Part shown: piece by piece, positions 1-11,910 of the stretch
Layout: every line of letters begins with the position of its first letter
Position numbering within the stretch: the stretch's first letter is position 1
Origin: Yuukianura sp. NJ FZ-2021
Lineage: Eukaryota
DNA length: 64,000 nt
Direction: 5' to 3'
Assembly (NCBI GenBank): GCA_046563655.1
Contig: CM102285.1
Coordinates: 124,001-188,000, forward strand
Position numbers and translations under genes: made by a program
The notes under the pieces: generated by a model
The model's database searches: none
Seen by the model: the letters and a program-made list of their open reading frames with translations, nothing else
What the model was told of the DNA's origin: nothing

Positions 1-230
1 TTTCCTCTCCTACCAATTTCACCAGTTTTTGAACATGGTGTCTCTTCATCTTCTTCGTTTTTATTTTTAGTCACTCTGAAAACACGAATTGAATTAGACT
101 CTAGTATAATTAAATTATTAAATTAATCGATTAGGTACTTCAAGACTTACCGCACTGCACTGCACACAAGTTTTGCATTTCGTTTTGGCACGATGTTTCA
201 TGTGACAAAACATGTGTTTTTGTTTTGTTT
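1..230 (-). other. Possible 5' end of a minus-strand gene running off the window (UTR exon ending at 151, intron 150-76, candidate ATG at 49: MKRHHVQKLVKLVGEE...)
   Basis: Minus-strand GCG|GTAAGT donor at 150 and TTTCAG acceptor at 76; frame open to the window edge; head-to-head with the next gene. Too short to identify. Confidence 0.3.
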
Positions 231-1162
231 TTTTGATAGGTTTGCGGAATTCCCGCTCTAAAAATTCAAAAATGCAGAAATGAGAATGTGAGGGAGCGGA
301 GAGGGGCGGAATTACGAGGGAAAAACCACTTGAAAAACTTAAAGCAAAAGACATATTTACGAGAACGGGGTGTGGGAAAATTTTAAATAATTATAATTAT
401 TTATAACAAAACGCTACCCAAAAAAACTATAAATAAGTTAATCCAGATAAGAAAATTTGCAATTTTCTGTGTTTGGCGGTTTTACTGCTTAAACCGGAGT
501 TTCCTTATTACTATCGTGCCGGATTTTGGAATATAATTATTAATAAACTCAAAGCTTAAGTTTTACATTACTATAACTCTGATAGTTAGAACCATACAAG
601 GTGTCGATTTTATTCTCGATTTTATATATAGAGATTTTTAATATGTTTAAAACTTTTATTTAAATTTCATTTATAACATTAAATTCAACATTTAAAACTA
701 TTTTAATACTAAACATTCTCTTATTACACCGCACCCTGGGAGGGGCGCATATTTTGTTGGAGTGGTGCGGTTAGAAAGTGCATATGTGCTTAGGCGTGCC
801 GCGTCCGTCCTTTTGTCTGCGTGCGGAAAAAGAGAAGCTAAAGACGGAAAAGAGGGCCGTGTGTGCAAAATGCAGCTGTGATCTCCGTCTCTTTCATTTT
901 CTTCGATGTTTTGAAAAATTGAAGCGTCTCTTGTTATTGTTTACTTCCGGTTTCACACAAACCTTGTCATTAATCAATCCAAGGTCGAAGGTCAAGGGTG
1001 AACCACAGGAGTAGAAGGTATTGTTTAGTTAAATTATAACAGATAATGGAATCATTCATTACTGCTATGTTTGTTTGTTTACAAATGGCGAAAAAAGTTG
1101 TTAATCGTCCTCATATTCGTTTTGTTTACGTTTTAGGTGTATCCAGCTTCCTCAGCAGTGCA

Positions 1163-3089
1163 ATGGAGATGCCAAAGATAGTGCTGGACAGGATACTGGT
1201 GTCACAAATTAGTAGCGAGGGTGTGGAGACCGTGACTCTGATAGAAACTGAAGCAGATGAAGTGCAGGAGTTTACCGAGGAAAGTACTGGCGATTTTGGG
1301 GAGCTTATTGCTGTCAATCCAGGAGAAGTCATCGAAGTCCATGAACATGAAGAAGAAGGAAACCAACAGGAAATCACAGATGAACTTCAACAGGAAGAGG
1401 AAATCACAGCTGAACTTCAACAGGAACAGGAAATCACAGATCAGCTTCAACAGGAGCAGGAAATCACAGATCAGCTTCAACAGGAACAGGAAATCACAGA
1501 CCACCTTCAACAGGAACAGGAAGAGCAGCACCTTGTCCAGGATTCTTTAGAAGTAATTGAACTGAGGAAGAGAGTTGAGCAATTAGAACAAGAAGTTGAC
1601 AATTTACATAATCAATTGAGACTCATGAAGAGGAAGATGCGCAGTTACGATCCAAATGCAGAGGGTTACCAAGAAGAACTGGAGAAAACTATTCTCAGAG
1701 TCCTGGATTCACAGCACTGGACAATGTCTAGACTAATACGTAAGAATATACAAAGGTTTCAACCAAGGTTACAACTTGTAACTTGGTCAATTTCAACTAG
1801 TTTTCATAATTTTTAACTTTATTTCTCTCATGCTCAGATCGAAGGCCTGGAAGACCTTCGAAGATAAGCAAGTTCAGTCCGGCACGGGGTCATCGAGGTC
1901 AAAAACGAACTGCAGAGTACATTTATTCTGAAGAAGAAGAAGACAAAGATGCTGGAATTGGAATGGTGGATGATGAATATGGTGACCCAACTTATCGATA
2001 TGGACACACCGATTCAGAAAATGTGAAGCCCAAACCCACTTCGAAAAGTCAACCACAAAGAAATAAAGCACCACCAACGAAAAAACGCGGTCGCGGAAGG
2101 CCTCCAGCCAATCAGCGACGAGTTGTCATTATCAAGAAAGTAGAACCAGCATCACGTGAGTGGAAATTAGTGAATTTGAAATTTCTAAAGTTCTTAGTTG
2201 TTATTGTAATTCACTAATTAGTTGAATTTCTGTTTAGCACCTCCGGAAACTGAATACGACGACGGTATAGAATACAGAGACTTTGGAGAATATGCACTAA
2301 CGGCTCCAGGTTTAGCCCCAATTTAGATTTCAAAATCAAGATTCTTGACTTTGTTTTAAAATCCTGCGTTTACTTTTTTGTTTAGAAAAACCGAAAGACA
2401 AAGTGATTCGTGCCGGAGATGTGTCGGTTATTCTGGAAGATGAGGAAGAGGAGCAACAACTGGAAAAGTATGATTATGTCAAGAGTCCAACCAAACGAAT
2501 ACGAAAAAGTGGCGAACCAAATAGTAGACCTAAAGTAGTCAAATGCAGGTAAGCTTTTTTTTTTTATAAATTAAATTTTTAAATTACGTTCATACTAAAA
2601 ATAAAAGCCTCTTATTACACTTTTTCAATATATTTCAACTTTCTGTATTTTTTTTTCTAAAATGTAGCCTGTGCCCAAAAATGTTCCGCGATCAACATGA
2701 CGTAAGTTTTTTCAAGCCAAATTCTGAAATTTTAGTAAAAGAAGTTCTAATTTAGAACTCATAAATTGGATATTCTGGTTTCATGTTGTATTTTTTTTAC
2801 ATGATTTCATAGGTGACAAGACACGAGAGAACACACACTGGTAAGTGGATAGTTGCGACTTCACTTCCATTTGCATTTGCGTAATGAAAAAGTTGAAGTC
2901 TTTTCTTTTTTTTTTGAAAAAATGAAATTTTTTGAAAAAATGTTTGCCAATTTTTTTTCTTGTGTAGGTGAGAAACCGTTCTTCTGCGACGTCTGTGGAC
3001 CGAACATGCGATTTACACAAACCTACCACCTTCAGAGGCACAAAACCAAGTATCACCTCAGCGAAATGGACTTGGTGGCCAACGCGTAA
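1163..3089 (+). CDS. AT-hook / coiled-coil / 2x C2H2 zinc-finger protein (~437 aa). Exons 1163-1739, 1838-2155, 2238-2309, 2386-2548, 2668-2701, 2813-2840, 2968-3089
   Basis: All junctions are GT-AG and in phase. RRPGRPSK and KRGRGRPP AT-hooks; coiled coil ELRKRVEQLEQEVDNLHNQL; CSLC..HERTH-TGEKPF-CDVC..HKTKYH fingers. Confidence 0.85.
1365..1525 (+). repeat. Coding 30-bp tandem repeat (~5 copies) encoding QQEQEITDQL
   Basis: CAACAGGAACAGGAAATCACAGATCAGCTT variants read directly in the sequence. Confidence 0.95.
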
Positions 3090-3233
3090 CTTCAAAAACT
3101 ATAATTTTAGTTTAAAGAAAGATTATAATTATTTTATATTTTATGATGTTATAGGTTTTAATCCTGAAAAATTAAATTATGTCCATTTGATAACAAAAAT
3201 TAACCTCACCGAACGTCCGATCATGTTCATTCG

Positions 3234-4422
3234 TCAAGTTTCTGAAGGAAGCTGATTGGTTGGTTTTGTTTTGAGGTGAGACTGATGTCTGAGTACTGCA
3301 AACACTTTGACGCTTGTTTTGGTGAGGATGTCCATGCACTGAGACAGGAAGTCAGGATCCATCTTCCCTTCCATTGTGAACAGACAAACTTGTTCTCTCG
3401 ACGGCAAAAACCCCATCGTCACACAACCTCCGCCTTTGGCCGCCTTCAAACTGTCACTCAGCTCAAGTGTATCAACTTCATCTTTAGTCGGATCCAGGAA
3501 GATTCCTTTGCCATCGAACAGCTGACACAAATCATGGTAAAACTTCATTAGTTTAGAAACATCAGTCATGATTACATCATTACATAATAATGGTTACATC
3601 ATTACATAATAATGGTTACATGGTTACATCAGTTTATATCAGCGCTACTTACGAGGGAGACGCCAACAGGAATGTCGTAGATGGGAACTCCAGCTTCCAT
3701 GAGAGCCAAGCCAGCAGCTGTAATGCAAGCAGCCATCGTGGATCCACAATCTTCCAAAATTGTTAGCGAAATCTCCAGAAGACATTTAGGAAACTTCTCC
3801 TAAAATCACAGAAGTTGTAGCGGATTAGATCATTTTCAAAATTTTTGATTCATTTTGAAAAACAAAATTCGAAAAACCATACGAGGATGATGACTGCTTC
3901 GAGCGCTTCCTTCAGCAGGATGATGTCTTTCTCAGCAACTTTGGCACCGACAGCTTGAATTTCAACCGACAAAAGTCCAGTGGCACTAAACAAGCAGTAA
4001 ACGTAGTAAATCAAATTCCTAACACTGATTAATCAATTAATTGTGGAAAATCTGTGTCTCGGTGTTTACCTAAAGTCTATCTTGCGAGGTAAATCTTTTG
4101 GACCGTTGACAACACAAATGACTTTTGTATTTCCCATTTCAAAGTACGACGATCCACGAACGTTTGTCCTCACTCCAGTTTGGACATCTAGAAAAACAAT
4201 TACAAAAAATTTCTCATACTAAAGACAAATTAGAGTTTAATTTTCTACATTTTTAGTTCACTTACAGAGAGGCCTAATTTCACTGGGATTTCTGCCATCT
4301 TGTCTCTTCTTTGTAGTTGGATCAATTAACGGTAGTTTGGGCACAATTATGTCAGATTTACTCAGTCCTTTGAGTAATTCAATCTTCGCTTCGTCTGCTT
4401 CTGTCGTTACTGATGAGGACAT
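3234..4422 (-). CDS. EXOSC6: Exosome complex RNase PH-like subunit, MTR3-like (~270 aa). Exons 4422-4266, 4187-4070, 3985-3883, 3799-3653, 3521-3234
   Basis: RQDGRNPSEIRPL, GSSYFEMGNTKVICVVNGP, EKFPKCLLEISLTILEDCGS, ACITAAGLALMEAGVPIYD and FLDPTKDE are RNase PH motifs. MTR3 rather than RRP41 is a motif-level judgement. Confidence 0.85.
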
Positions 4423-5169
4423 CGTACAAGAAATCCAATTCCTGTGTAAAAAATCAACATAACGAAGTGTATTGATTACTAATCTTCAATTATCATAACT
4501 TTCTTGATTCCTTCCAAGAATCTCACCGAAAACGATGAAGCGATGTTCCTATTAGATTCCCGAAGGCCGGTTATCCAAATTTGATTAATAATTGACTGCA
4601 GATCCAATCAATTAAGGTCAATTGATTAAGGTCAATTGTTGATGAATTTTTAAAATTGGGAACGGTGATTTGTAATTTTTCTTGCTTTTTAGAATTTGAC
4701 AATTTTTTCCCGCTGCAAAGATTCAAATTGCAATAAACACGTTTTATGGTTGGAGTAGAGTTCGGCGTGCATCATTGTAGCTGAATTGAACTTTTGTTTT
4801 GTTTCTACAATAAGTTGCAAGCAGCTTTATGCTGCAACTCATGTTGCCACCTTACGTTAGCTTAGGTGATGCTAAAGTGGCTACAAAAGTTGCCACCAAC
4901 GTGCAGCATTCTATTGCGTCCGGAGCTGACAAAAACGTGCAGAGAAGACCGTGCTTTCACAGCGTGGTTTCAATTGATACAATTCAGGTTTTCCTCAAAG
5001 CACAAGTTTCTATCATTTTCCATTTTCATTTCTTTTGTGTTCTTCTGTTGACTAATCGTTTAAAAAACGTAAGATGTGGAAATCATTAATTACTTAATTC
5101 ATTGTCCATTAGTTAATTACTTTTTTTGCTTGTAGGAACTATACACAGAGAATACAAAGGGCAAAGGCA

Positions 5170-5803
5170 ATGGAGGACGAGCAGAACAATGTCGTCAAGA
5201 TTCCGTGTCCCGTTCAAGCTGAAAGTGGTTGCTGGATGTACTCTCGCCAACGACATAGCATTGACCACGTCCACCGCAGTCACTGGCCAATTCTACTCCA
5301 CAAGTTTGATCGCTGTTTCTACAACATGACACACTTTGTGCCTACTGGACATGGGAACATGGACACTCATCTGGACAGCTGTCCTGACTTCCTTGCCTGG
5401 AACAAACGGAACGAGTCGCTCGGAAGATCTTACTTTAGTAAAACGTTTAACTTCAATGAATTAGTAAAAAGTTTAAGTTCAATTAACATGATTAGTGTGT
5501 TACTTATCTAACCTTGTTCTGTTGGTTTCAGCATGGAACGAATCGTCGGTTGCTAAGTTAAAGGAAGAGCTGGACAAGGAGTTTAGACAGAAGAAGGAGC
5601 AACTTGGACGTGATTCCAGCCTAAGTCCAAGACAAGTTGCCATTCGTCTTCTGCAGAAACAGCAGCAAATGGTGACATGTCCCAGTCCAAAGAAACAGGC
5701 GACTCCACTCATGGCCAAAATGAGGGTATACCAGGCACAGAGTGACGACAAGTTCAAATCATTCTTCTCCTGTCCAATGTTAACCGAAACGATTTTAGAG
5801 TGA
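5170..5803 (+). CDS. GTSF1/Asterix-like CHHC (zf-U11-48K) zinc-finger protein (~179 aa). Exons 5170-5437, 5532-5803
   Basis: CFYNMTHFVPTGHGNMDTHLDSCP matches the CHHC pattern and follows a degenerate first finger. The splice joins in phase (YF-T-WNESS). Confidence 0.65.
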
Positions 5804-6114
5804 CAAACTTCCGAAACATTTCGTTTGAGAAACGTTTCATTTGTCATGAAAATCACAATTAAATTTACGACATGTAGTCCTTCCATGAAAAAAAAACGGA
5901 TAAATTGGTGTTGGATTGTCGTCGTAACAACGATTTTTTTAAACTTTGTTTTTTGGAGGTTTTGTCGTTCTGAAATCAACAAAGTGAGGCAGGGCAGGGT
6001 AGTTGCTGCTCGCTGCTTTTCAGCTCAGTGTTCATATTCAAAATTTTGACTTTTTAGTATTCATCTTAGTTTCAAAATTTTCAAAATCTGGTTACTTATT
6101 GATCCCGGAGCGAC

Positions 6115-9100
6115 ATGAGTTCGGAAAGAGGGAGTGGTGCAGGTCATGAGCACCGACATTCCTCGAAATGGAGCCAAGAAGAGGCCATGACACGCTTGCT
6201 CATCAGCGACAACTCCGCAGATCCACGATTTGACCTCCGACATGAAGAAGTTTTGGCCTCAAATCTCATGAAACAACTAACACACAAGTACGGCACCAGA
6301 GGGAAGTCCGCCAAGTTTATTTTCATGCAAGCATTCCAAGAAAGTCAGCGTCCAGATACCAAGGGCGTTTTGGGCAAGTTGTCACGCCCTCAGGCGGAGC
6401 TCTGTGACTCCGAAGAGTCACGGACACACGGATTCATGGACGATTTCGAGCTGGAACTGGAGGATTCGGACGCAGTCGGAACCACTCGGCACGAATCCGA
6501 CCAAAGCAAGCCAGAGTCAAAACTCTTGGTAATTCAAAAATACAAGTTCAACTTTGGACTTTTATAGTTACGTTTGACTTTTCGTTACTTTTGACTTTAG
6601 ACTTTTAGTTTTAGTTTACTTCTGAATTTTGACTTTTAGTTACTTTTGACTTTTGACTATTGGCGTTTATTTACTTTTTGACTTTTAGTTATTTTTGACT
6701 TTTGACTATTGACGTTTAGTTACTTTTGACTTTTAGTTACTTTTGACTTTTAGTTACTTTTGACTATTGACGTTCAGTTACTGTTGACTTTTGACTTTTA
6801 GCTGTCAACTACTTTTTTTTTTGAAAAGCTTCCTTTTTTTTTAAACATTTTTTGTAGTCACGACCAGCAGCGATGGTAACACAGTCTCATTTTGTGTCAC
6901 GGTTGGAGGATCAAGTGAAGACGGAAGTTCAGCGAAACGGTTGTCCAGCGCCACAGTTCGAAATGTCCTGGCTCTACGAACAAATTCGGCGCGAAAATCC
7001 GAAAACCGGTACCGGTACCGGTGTTGCCGAAGTTCCGGTAGACACGTACTCCATCCGGAACGGTCAGGACGAACCTGAGGAGAAGTTGGTGGCACGACTC
7101 AAAATTTATCGTCGGGCCTTTTCAGCCCTAATTCTGCACTTTCAAGCTTTGCGACCACTTCTGGGCGACATCAAGCAGCAGTACGACGCAATGTTGTCGT
7201 TTAAGGATCAGCAAGTCGCTGAGGCGGCAAAAGTGAACCAAAACCTCCATCATCTTGAGCTCAATCTGGAACAGAAGATGACCTCGACCAAGTTCGAAGG
7301 ATTCCGCCAAGTGGCTGCTCTGGAAAAGCAGTGTTTACTGCTCATGCGTCATGTCGACAGACAGGATTTGGCCATGCGCACGATCACTGACATTTTAAAC
7401 AAGTACAAAATTCAAAATTTTACATTTTTGTTTTTCCAAAATTGACTTTTTTTGATAAATTTTTTAACTTTTTTTCGTTTTTTCAGACTGGAAACGTCAT
7501 TGAGCGAGGAGCATGACCTGCGTCGTGACTCGGAAGATCAGTGTAAATTGCTGCTGGTGGAGATCAACGCAATCAGAAACAAACTTGGCATGGGCCCTCG
7601 TCCGGAGGCAACCGAAGAGGCAACAATCCGGATTGAGGATGAAGATGACTTGGATGCATTTGAAATGGAGCCCATCACCACCGAAGATCCAATTTTGCTC
7701 CACCGTGCTCTCGAAATCGCACGCAAAAATTTGGCTGAAGCCAACGACCGGTATTTTCACTTTTTTCAAAACGACTTTTCAATTTCTAACTTTTTTTGCG
7801 ACTAAAAAGTTGTTGTTTTTTAGACTCACAGTTTTGGAAGAGGAATACGCCGATGTCGTTCCGCGTCACGAATTTGAGGAACTAAAAATCGCTATTGCAA
7901 ATATGGAGAATGAGCATGAGCAAATGACCGAAACTTACAAAAACGTCCAATCCGAAGTCTCTGGACTGCATAAGCAAATTGAAAAACTGACGGGAGCAAA
8001 AAACAAGTTGGAGGTTTGCCAAATTTTCTTAAAATTTGAAAAAAAATCCTTAAAAGTTCACCTTTTTTTTGGGGTTTTGTGTTTCTTTTTTTAGTTTTTG
8101 TGTTTCTTCTAACCTTTTTTCTTGAATTTTTTTTATTTTAGTTTTTTTTTCTCACTTTTTGTCTGTTTTTCAGGTTTTGGTAAGCGACATGCGCAAACGA
8201 CCCACTCCGAGACCAAGCTGGGACAAAGTAGCTGAGCACATTGAAGGTGGCCTGCCAAAGTGGAGATCTTTGATCGACGGAAAATCTTCTGCCCAGATTG
8301 TACCGATTTTGATTCAAGAACTTGCCGGTAGAAAACTCGTCGGTCCAGCAGAATTCATTCACCCTCTGGGCTCAGGGTCCCACGTCCCACCCTACTTACG
8401 GTGGGACAGTCAAATTCGACGCCGAAATTTTTCACGTCGCGACGCCCTCCTCGTGATCCAAGATATTTGGCAGTTGCGAACAGATCTAGTGGAACCCCCT
8501 CCACGGCACCGGTACGACGAAACGGCTGAAGAAGAAGAAGAAGAAGATGAAGACGAAACCGGTTTGTTCGGACCAAAATATGACGATACCGGTGCCGGGT
8601 TCGGACCGAAATATGACGATACCGGTTCAGGGTTCGGAGCGAACGACATGCTGACGGATCTTCCCGAAATCCTGCCTGTGACACCATTTGACGAATTTGT
8701 TACGGATTATTTCAATTCAAATTTTAGCATTCCCGCTATTCGGATGGAGTGGATTTACAATCTGATCGAAGCTTGCAAAAACTTGGGCCAAATTGAGCCC
8801 AAGTTGACACAATTCCTGGACATTTTGGAAGGCCGGACTGACGAAGGCGTTTATCATCTTTTCCGCGCCCAAGTCGCGAAACTTCGCGCCGCGGTGACTC
8901 AAATGACGGAAGAAACGAACCAATCACGAGACTCCATTCTCTTTGGCCACTTTGGTCAACTTTTACGTGAACTTTTTAGCGAGAAATCGCAAGAAGAGGT
9001 CAAGGGTCTCCTGGCAGCAGTTTCGCGCCAAACTGGAATTTACGCTGAAATGTCAGCGTTCAACTACGCGCCATTTTTTGAAATGACGGACGAAGGGCTC

Positions 9101-10234
9101 GTGGGGCCCTTCATTGTAGAATTTGCTAAGCAGTTTGAACTGGACCGACACAAATATGTTCAAGAAGTTTTGGCCGAACTTGTCAACGGGCTCGGGTTGA
9201 CACTCGGATCGGCGGATCTTGAAACCGATCCGGCTGGTGACACGGACGTGCCGATGCAAAAAGTTTTCTCAGCGTTTGTCACTGCCGATCCAACCATGCG
9301 TAAGAAAATCTTAAAAATTACACCTTTTTTTCAAGGTTCCTTGACAACGGAATTGTATTTCCTACAACAGGTTGTCCAATAACTCTGGGTTTTCAAAAAC
9401 CTTGCTTCAAACAACTTTTAGCACTAATTTTGTTACAATAAAAATGCGAAAAAAATTTTCATAGAAATGGAGGCGAAATTTAGCCCGTTTGGTTTAGAGG
9501 ATTTTGACAAAGAATCGAAAAACCCCGAGTGATTGGACAACCTGGTGTAGAAAAAATATTTTCTTTGTTTAGGACCTTGTTTTTTTTTTGGCATAAATTT
9601 TTAAATTTTTTTTAAATTGTTTTTTTTTTCAGCCGATGCCAAACTTGTAGCCGCCATCACTTGGATATTTCTTGGACATTCCATGCTCCCCGGTGGGCCT
9701 GCTCTGCGAGGCCTCCGATTGGTTGAATTTTTGCGCCAAGCTTCGCGATTGGCCGAGGCCACAGGGGAGGAGCCACAAGGGGAGGAGCTTCCTGTATCGG
9801 TACCGGATGATGACGAATTTGAAAAAGCAATTGCCGATGTTTTGAGTGACCAAGAAGCTTTGGAACTGAACGAACTGACTGGACCGGAACACAGACGCTG
9901 GCTGCAGAAAAAGAGAGTGACGAACCTTGGAACCGTCGTTCGGAGACTCAAAGGCGGAGCTTTTGTGCGCCACGGTCCACGGCACGACTTCGATCCTTCT
10001 GCGCAGGTCACTGGAGAAGGTCAAGGTCACGATGCTGAAAATGGACTAGACACAACTTCTGACGAAGCTGTTGGTGGACCAAGTCGCAAATCACGCAAAG
10101 GACAAAAGAAATCCGGTGAAAAGAAAAAGAAAGCCGCTCGAAGCGCTTCTGCTTCAAAAGCAAAATCTGCTAAGCGCGTAAAGTCAAAAACTGGAAAGAA
10201 AGACAAGAAAAAGAAAAAGAAAGCCAAAAAGTAA
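6115..10234 (+). CDS. TSNAXIP1: Translin-associated factor X-interacting protein 1-like (~1046 aa). Exons 6115-6528, 6858-7402, 7487-7750, 7824-8013, 8174-9299, 9633-10234
   Basis: RLKIYRRAFSALILHFQALRPLLGDIKQQYD N-domain, coiled coils, TPRPSW and LGSGSHVPPYLRW...FSRRDALLVIQDIW motifs; phases consistent; Lys-rich tail. Confidence 0.85.
6565..6800. repeat. Intronic low-complexity TTTTGAC / TTTTAGTTAC minisatellite
   Basis: Repeated 7-10 bp units fill TSNAXIP1 intron 1. Confidence 0.9.
9332..9579. mobile_element. MITE family A (P-element-like, CAAGG...CCTTG ends), copy in TSNAXIP1 intron 5
   Basis: About 60-bp imperfect TIR with CAGGTTGTCCAATAACTC / GAGTGATTGGACAACCTG; T-run on both flanks. 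Confidence 0.85.
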
Positions 10235-10655
10235 AGCCGCCTGACTTTAAATTTTGACGATTTAAAATTTGGATTTGTTAACCAAAATCAAAATTGGGCC
10301 AAACTTGGGTTTTTACAATAAATACGGTATACGTTTTTCATGTTTGAAATAATTCAATTCCGAAATTTGGTTGGATTGAGGTGGACACAATGATGTTTGG
10401 AATTTGATGTTACTCTTGAAAGTACAAAGTATGGAAGCGTCTTCGTGGATTTTGAATTCTGCCTATGCGGCATCTATTGGACTTTCACTGCGATATTAAA
10501 AATCGATTTTTAAAAAAGTGAGCTCTTTTAACCGAAAAATTCGAGCAGAATCATTCGGCTGTCCTAAACACAACTATTTTCCGTATTTTTGTACCGTTTT
10601 TAACGTAATTTTTTAACATAACTTAACCATATTGCTTGGTTGTTACATAAAGGAC

Positions 10656-11618
10656 ATGATGCTGGAGGTGAATAAGACTTTGACGAAGGAATGCGAATAC
10701 TTGACATTCATACTTGACAGTATCTGCAATTCCTCGGAATCCAGCACTTCATCTCATTCCAGCACTTCCGGTTCCCACGATGCATTTATTAGAGCAATAT
10801 GTAAGCCTATACTTTATACGCACATAAGATATTGTGGTTGGATCCTAGAAACGCAGTCTGTTTTGGAATTTTTTTTGCGAGTGACATGGCCAATGAGAAT
10901 AACCTAAAAAATGACCTCTACAATAGTTGTTGGCCTTGATGAGTAGATCATTTTTTGTCGTGTGACATATGACCCTGTGACCTTCCGTTGAGGTCATAGG
11001 TCAATTTGAAAGTTAGGTTAGCTTAAAGCTTAGGTTAAACCTTCAAATTGACATATCAGCTCAACGGAAGGTCATAGGGTCATATGTCAGAGGATAAAGA
11101 ATGATCCCCTCATCAAGCCCAACAACTTTTGTAGCGGTCATTTTTTGAGTTGTCTGGGGTCATGTCAATGACAAAAAAATTTCTAACAGACTGCGTTTCT
11201 AGGGTCCAACCCTATTTAACACCCGAACTAAGTAGCACTCATCCATCGAACCATTGAACAAATAATCTTGCAACAACTGCATAACATGCTAACCATAAAA
11301 TGAAGTGATTGCGGTTTAAAATATTCTTTTTGGTTTGCTTGAATAGGTGTTCTACTGTTTGGTTTTGGACTGGGCATGTTCTGTTTATGGCGCGCGCACC
11401 GTGGGACCCACAGAAATGAGTTTAGTAAGGAACGGTAACATTAATTGTGCCGACACCAAACCTAATTAACTTTGTTTCTAGTCCAGGATGGACATGGGTC
11501 AGAGTTCGGATCGTTTCGGAAGGTTCGGGAAGAGACGGAGCCACTTGCGTCACTTGAACTGGTGGAAATAGTGTCTTTCGGAGCATCAATTCGCGTCACA
11601 CAGAAACGGAAAGACTGA
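10656..11618 (+). CDS. Orphan small single-pass membrane protein (119 aa). Exons 10656-10800, 11347-11424, 11482-11618
   Basis: Three exons join in phase via canonical sites (360 nt). The N-terminus has NKT and NSS sequons and a Ser-rich stalk, then the TM segment AICVLLFGFGLGMFCLW followed by basic residues. Confidence 0.65.
10835..11212. mobile_element. Near-fully palindromic (foldback) MITE in intron 1 of the small TM gene
   Basis: GGTTGGATCCTAGAAACGCAGTCTG vs CAGACTGCGTTTCTAGGGTCCAACC; the arms stay complementary for ~175 bp around a TTAGG-like core. Confidence 0.9.
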
Positions 11619-11910
11619 AGTGTTTCGGGGGGTGGGTGGACAACCAGCACTTTTATACCCACTGGGCATACAAGAACGCCGCAAAATTGGACAAGCCAGT
11701 CCCGCTGAAAAGCCAATTGAGAAAGCCAACCAGTTATTACATTACATTCACGAGTAGTAGTGAGAAGCTAATCACTAAAGTTTAGCATCTTTTGGAGGAA
11801 TATTGAGGCGCTTCTGCCCTGTTCGTTTATTACAACCTCTCCTCTGTAAGGTTTTAGTTGGCCTTGGTACCTGGCATAAATAAGATGTTCTTTGCTGTCG
11901 GTGCAAAATA

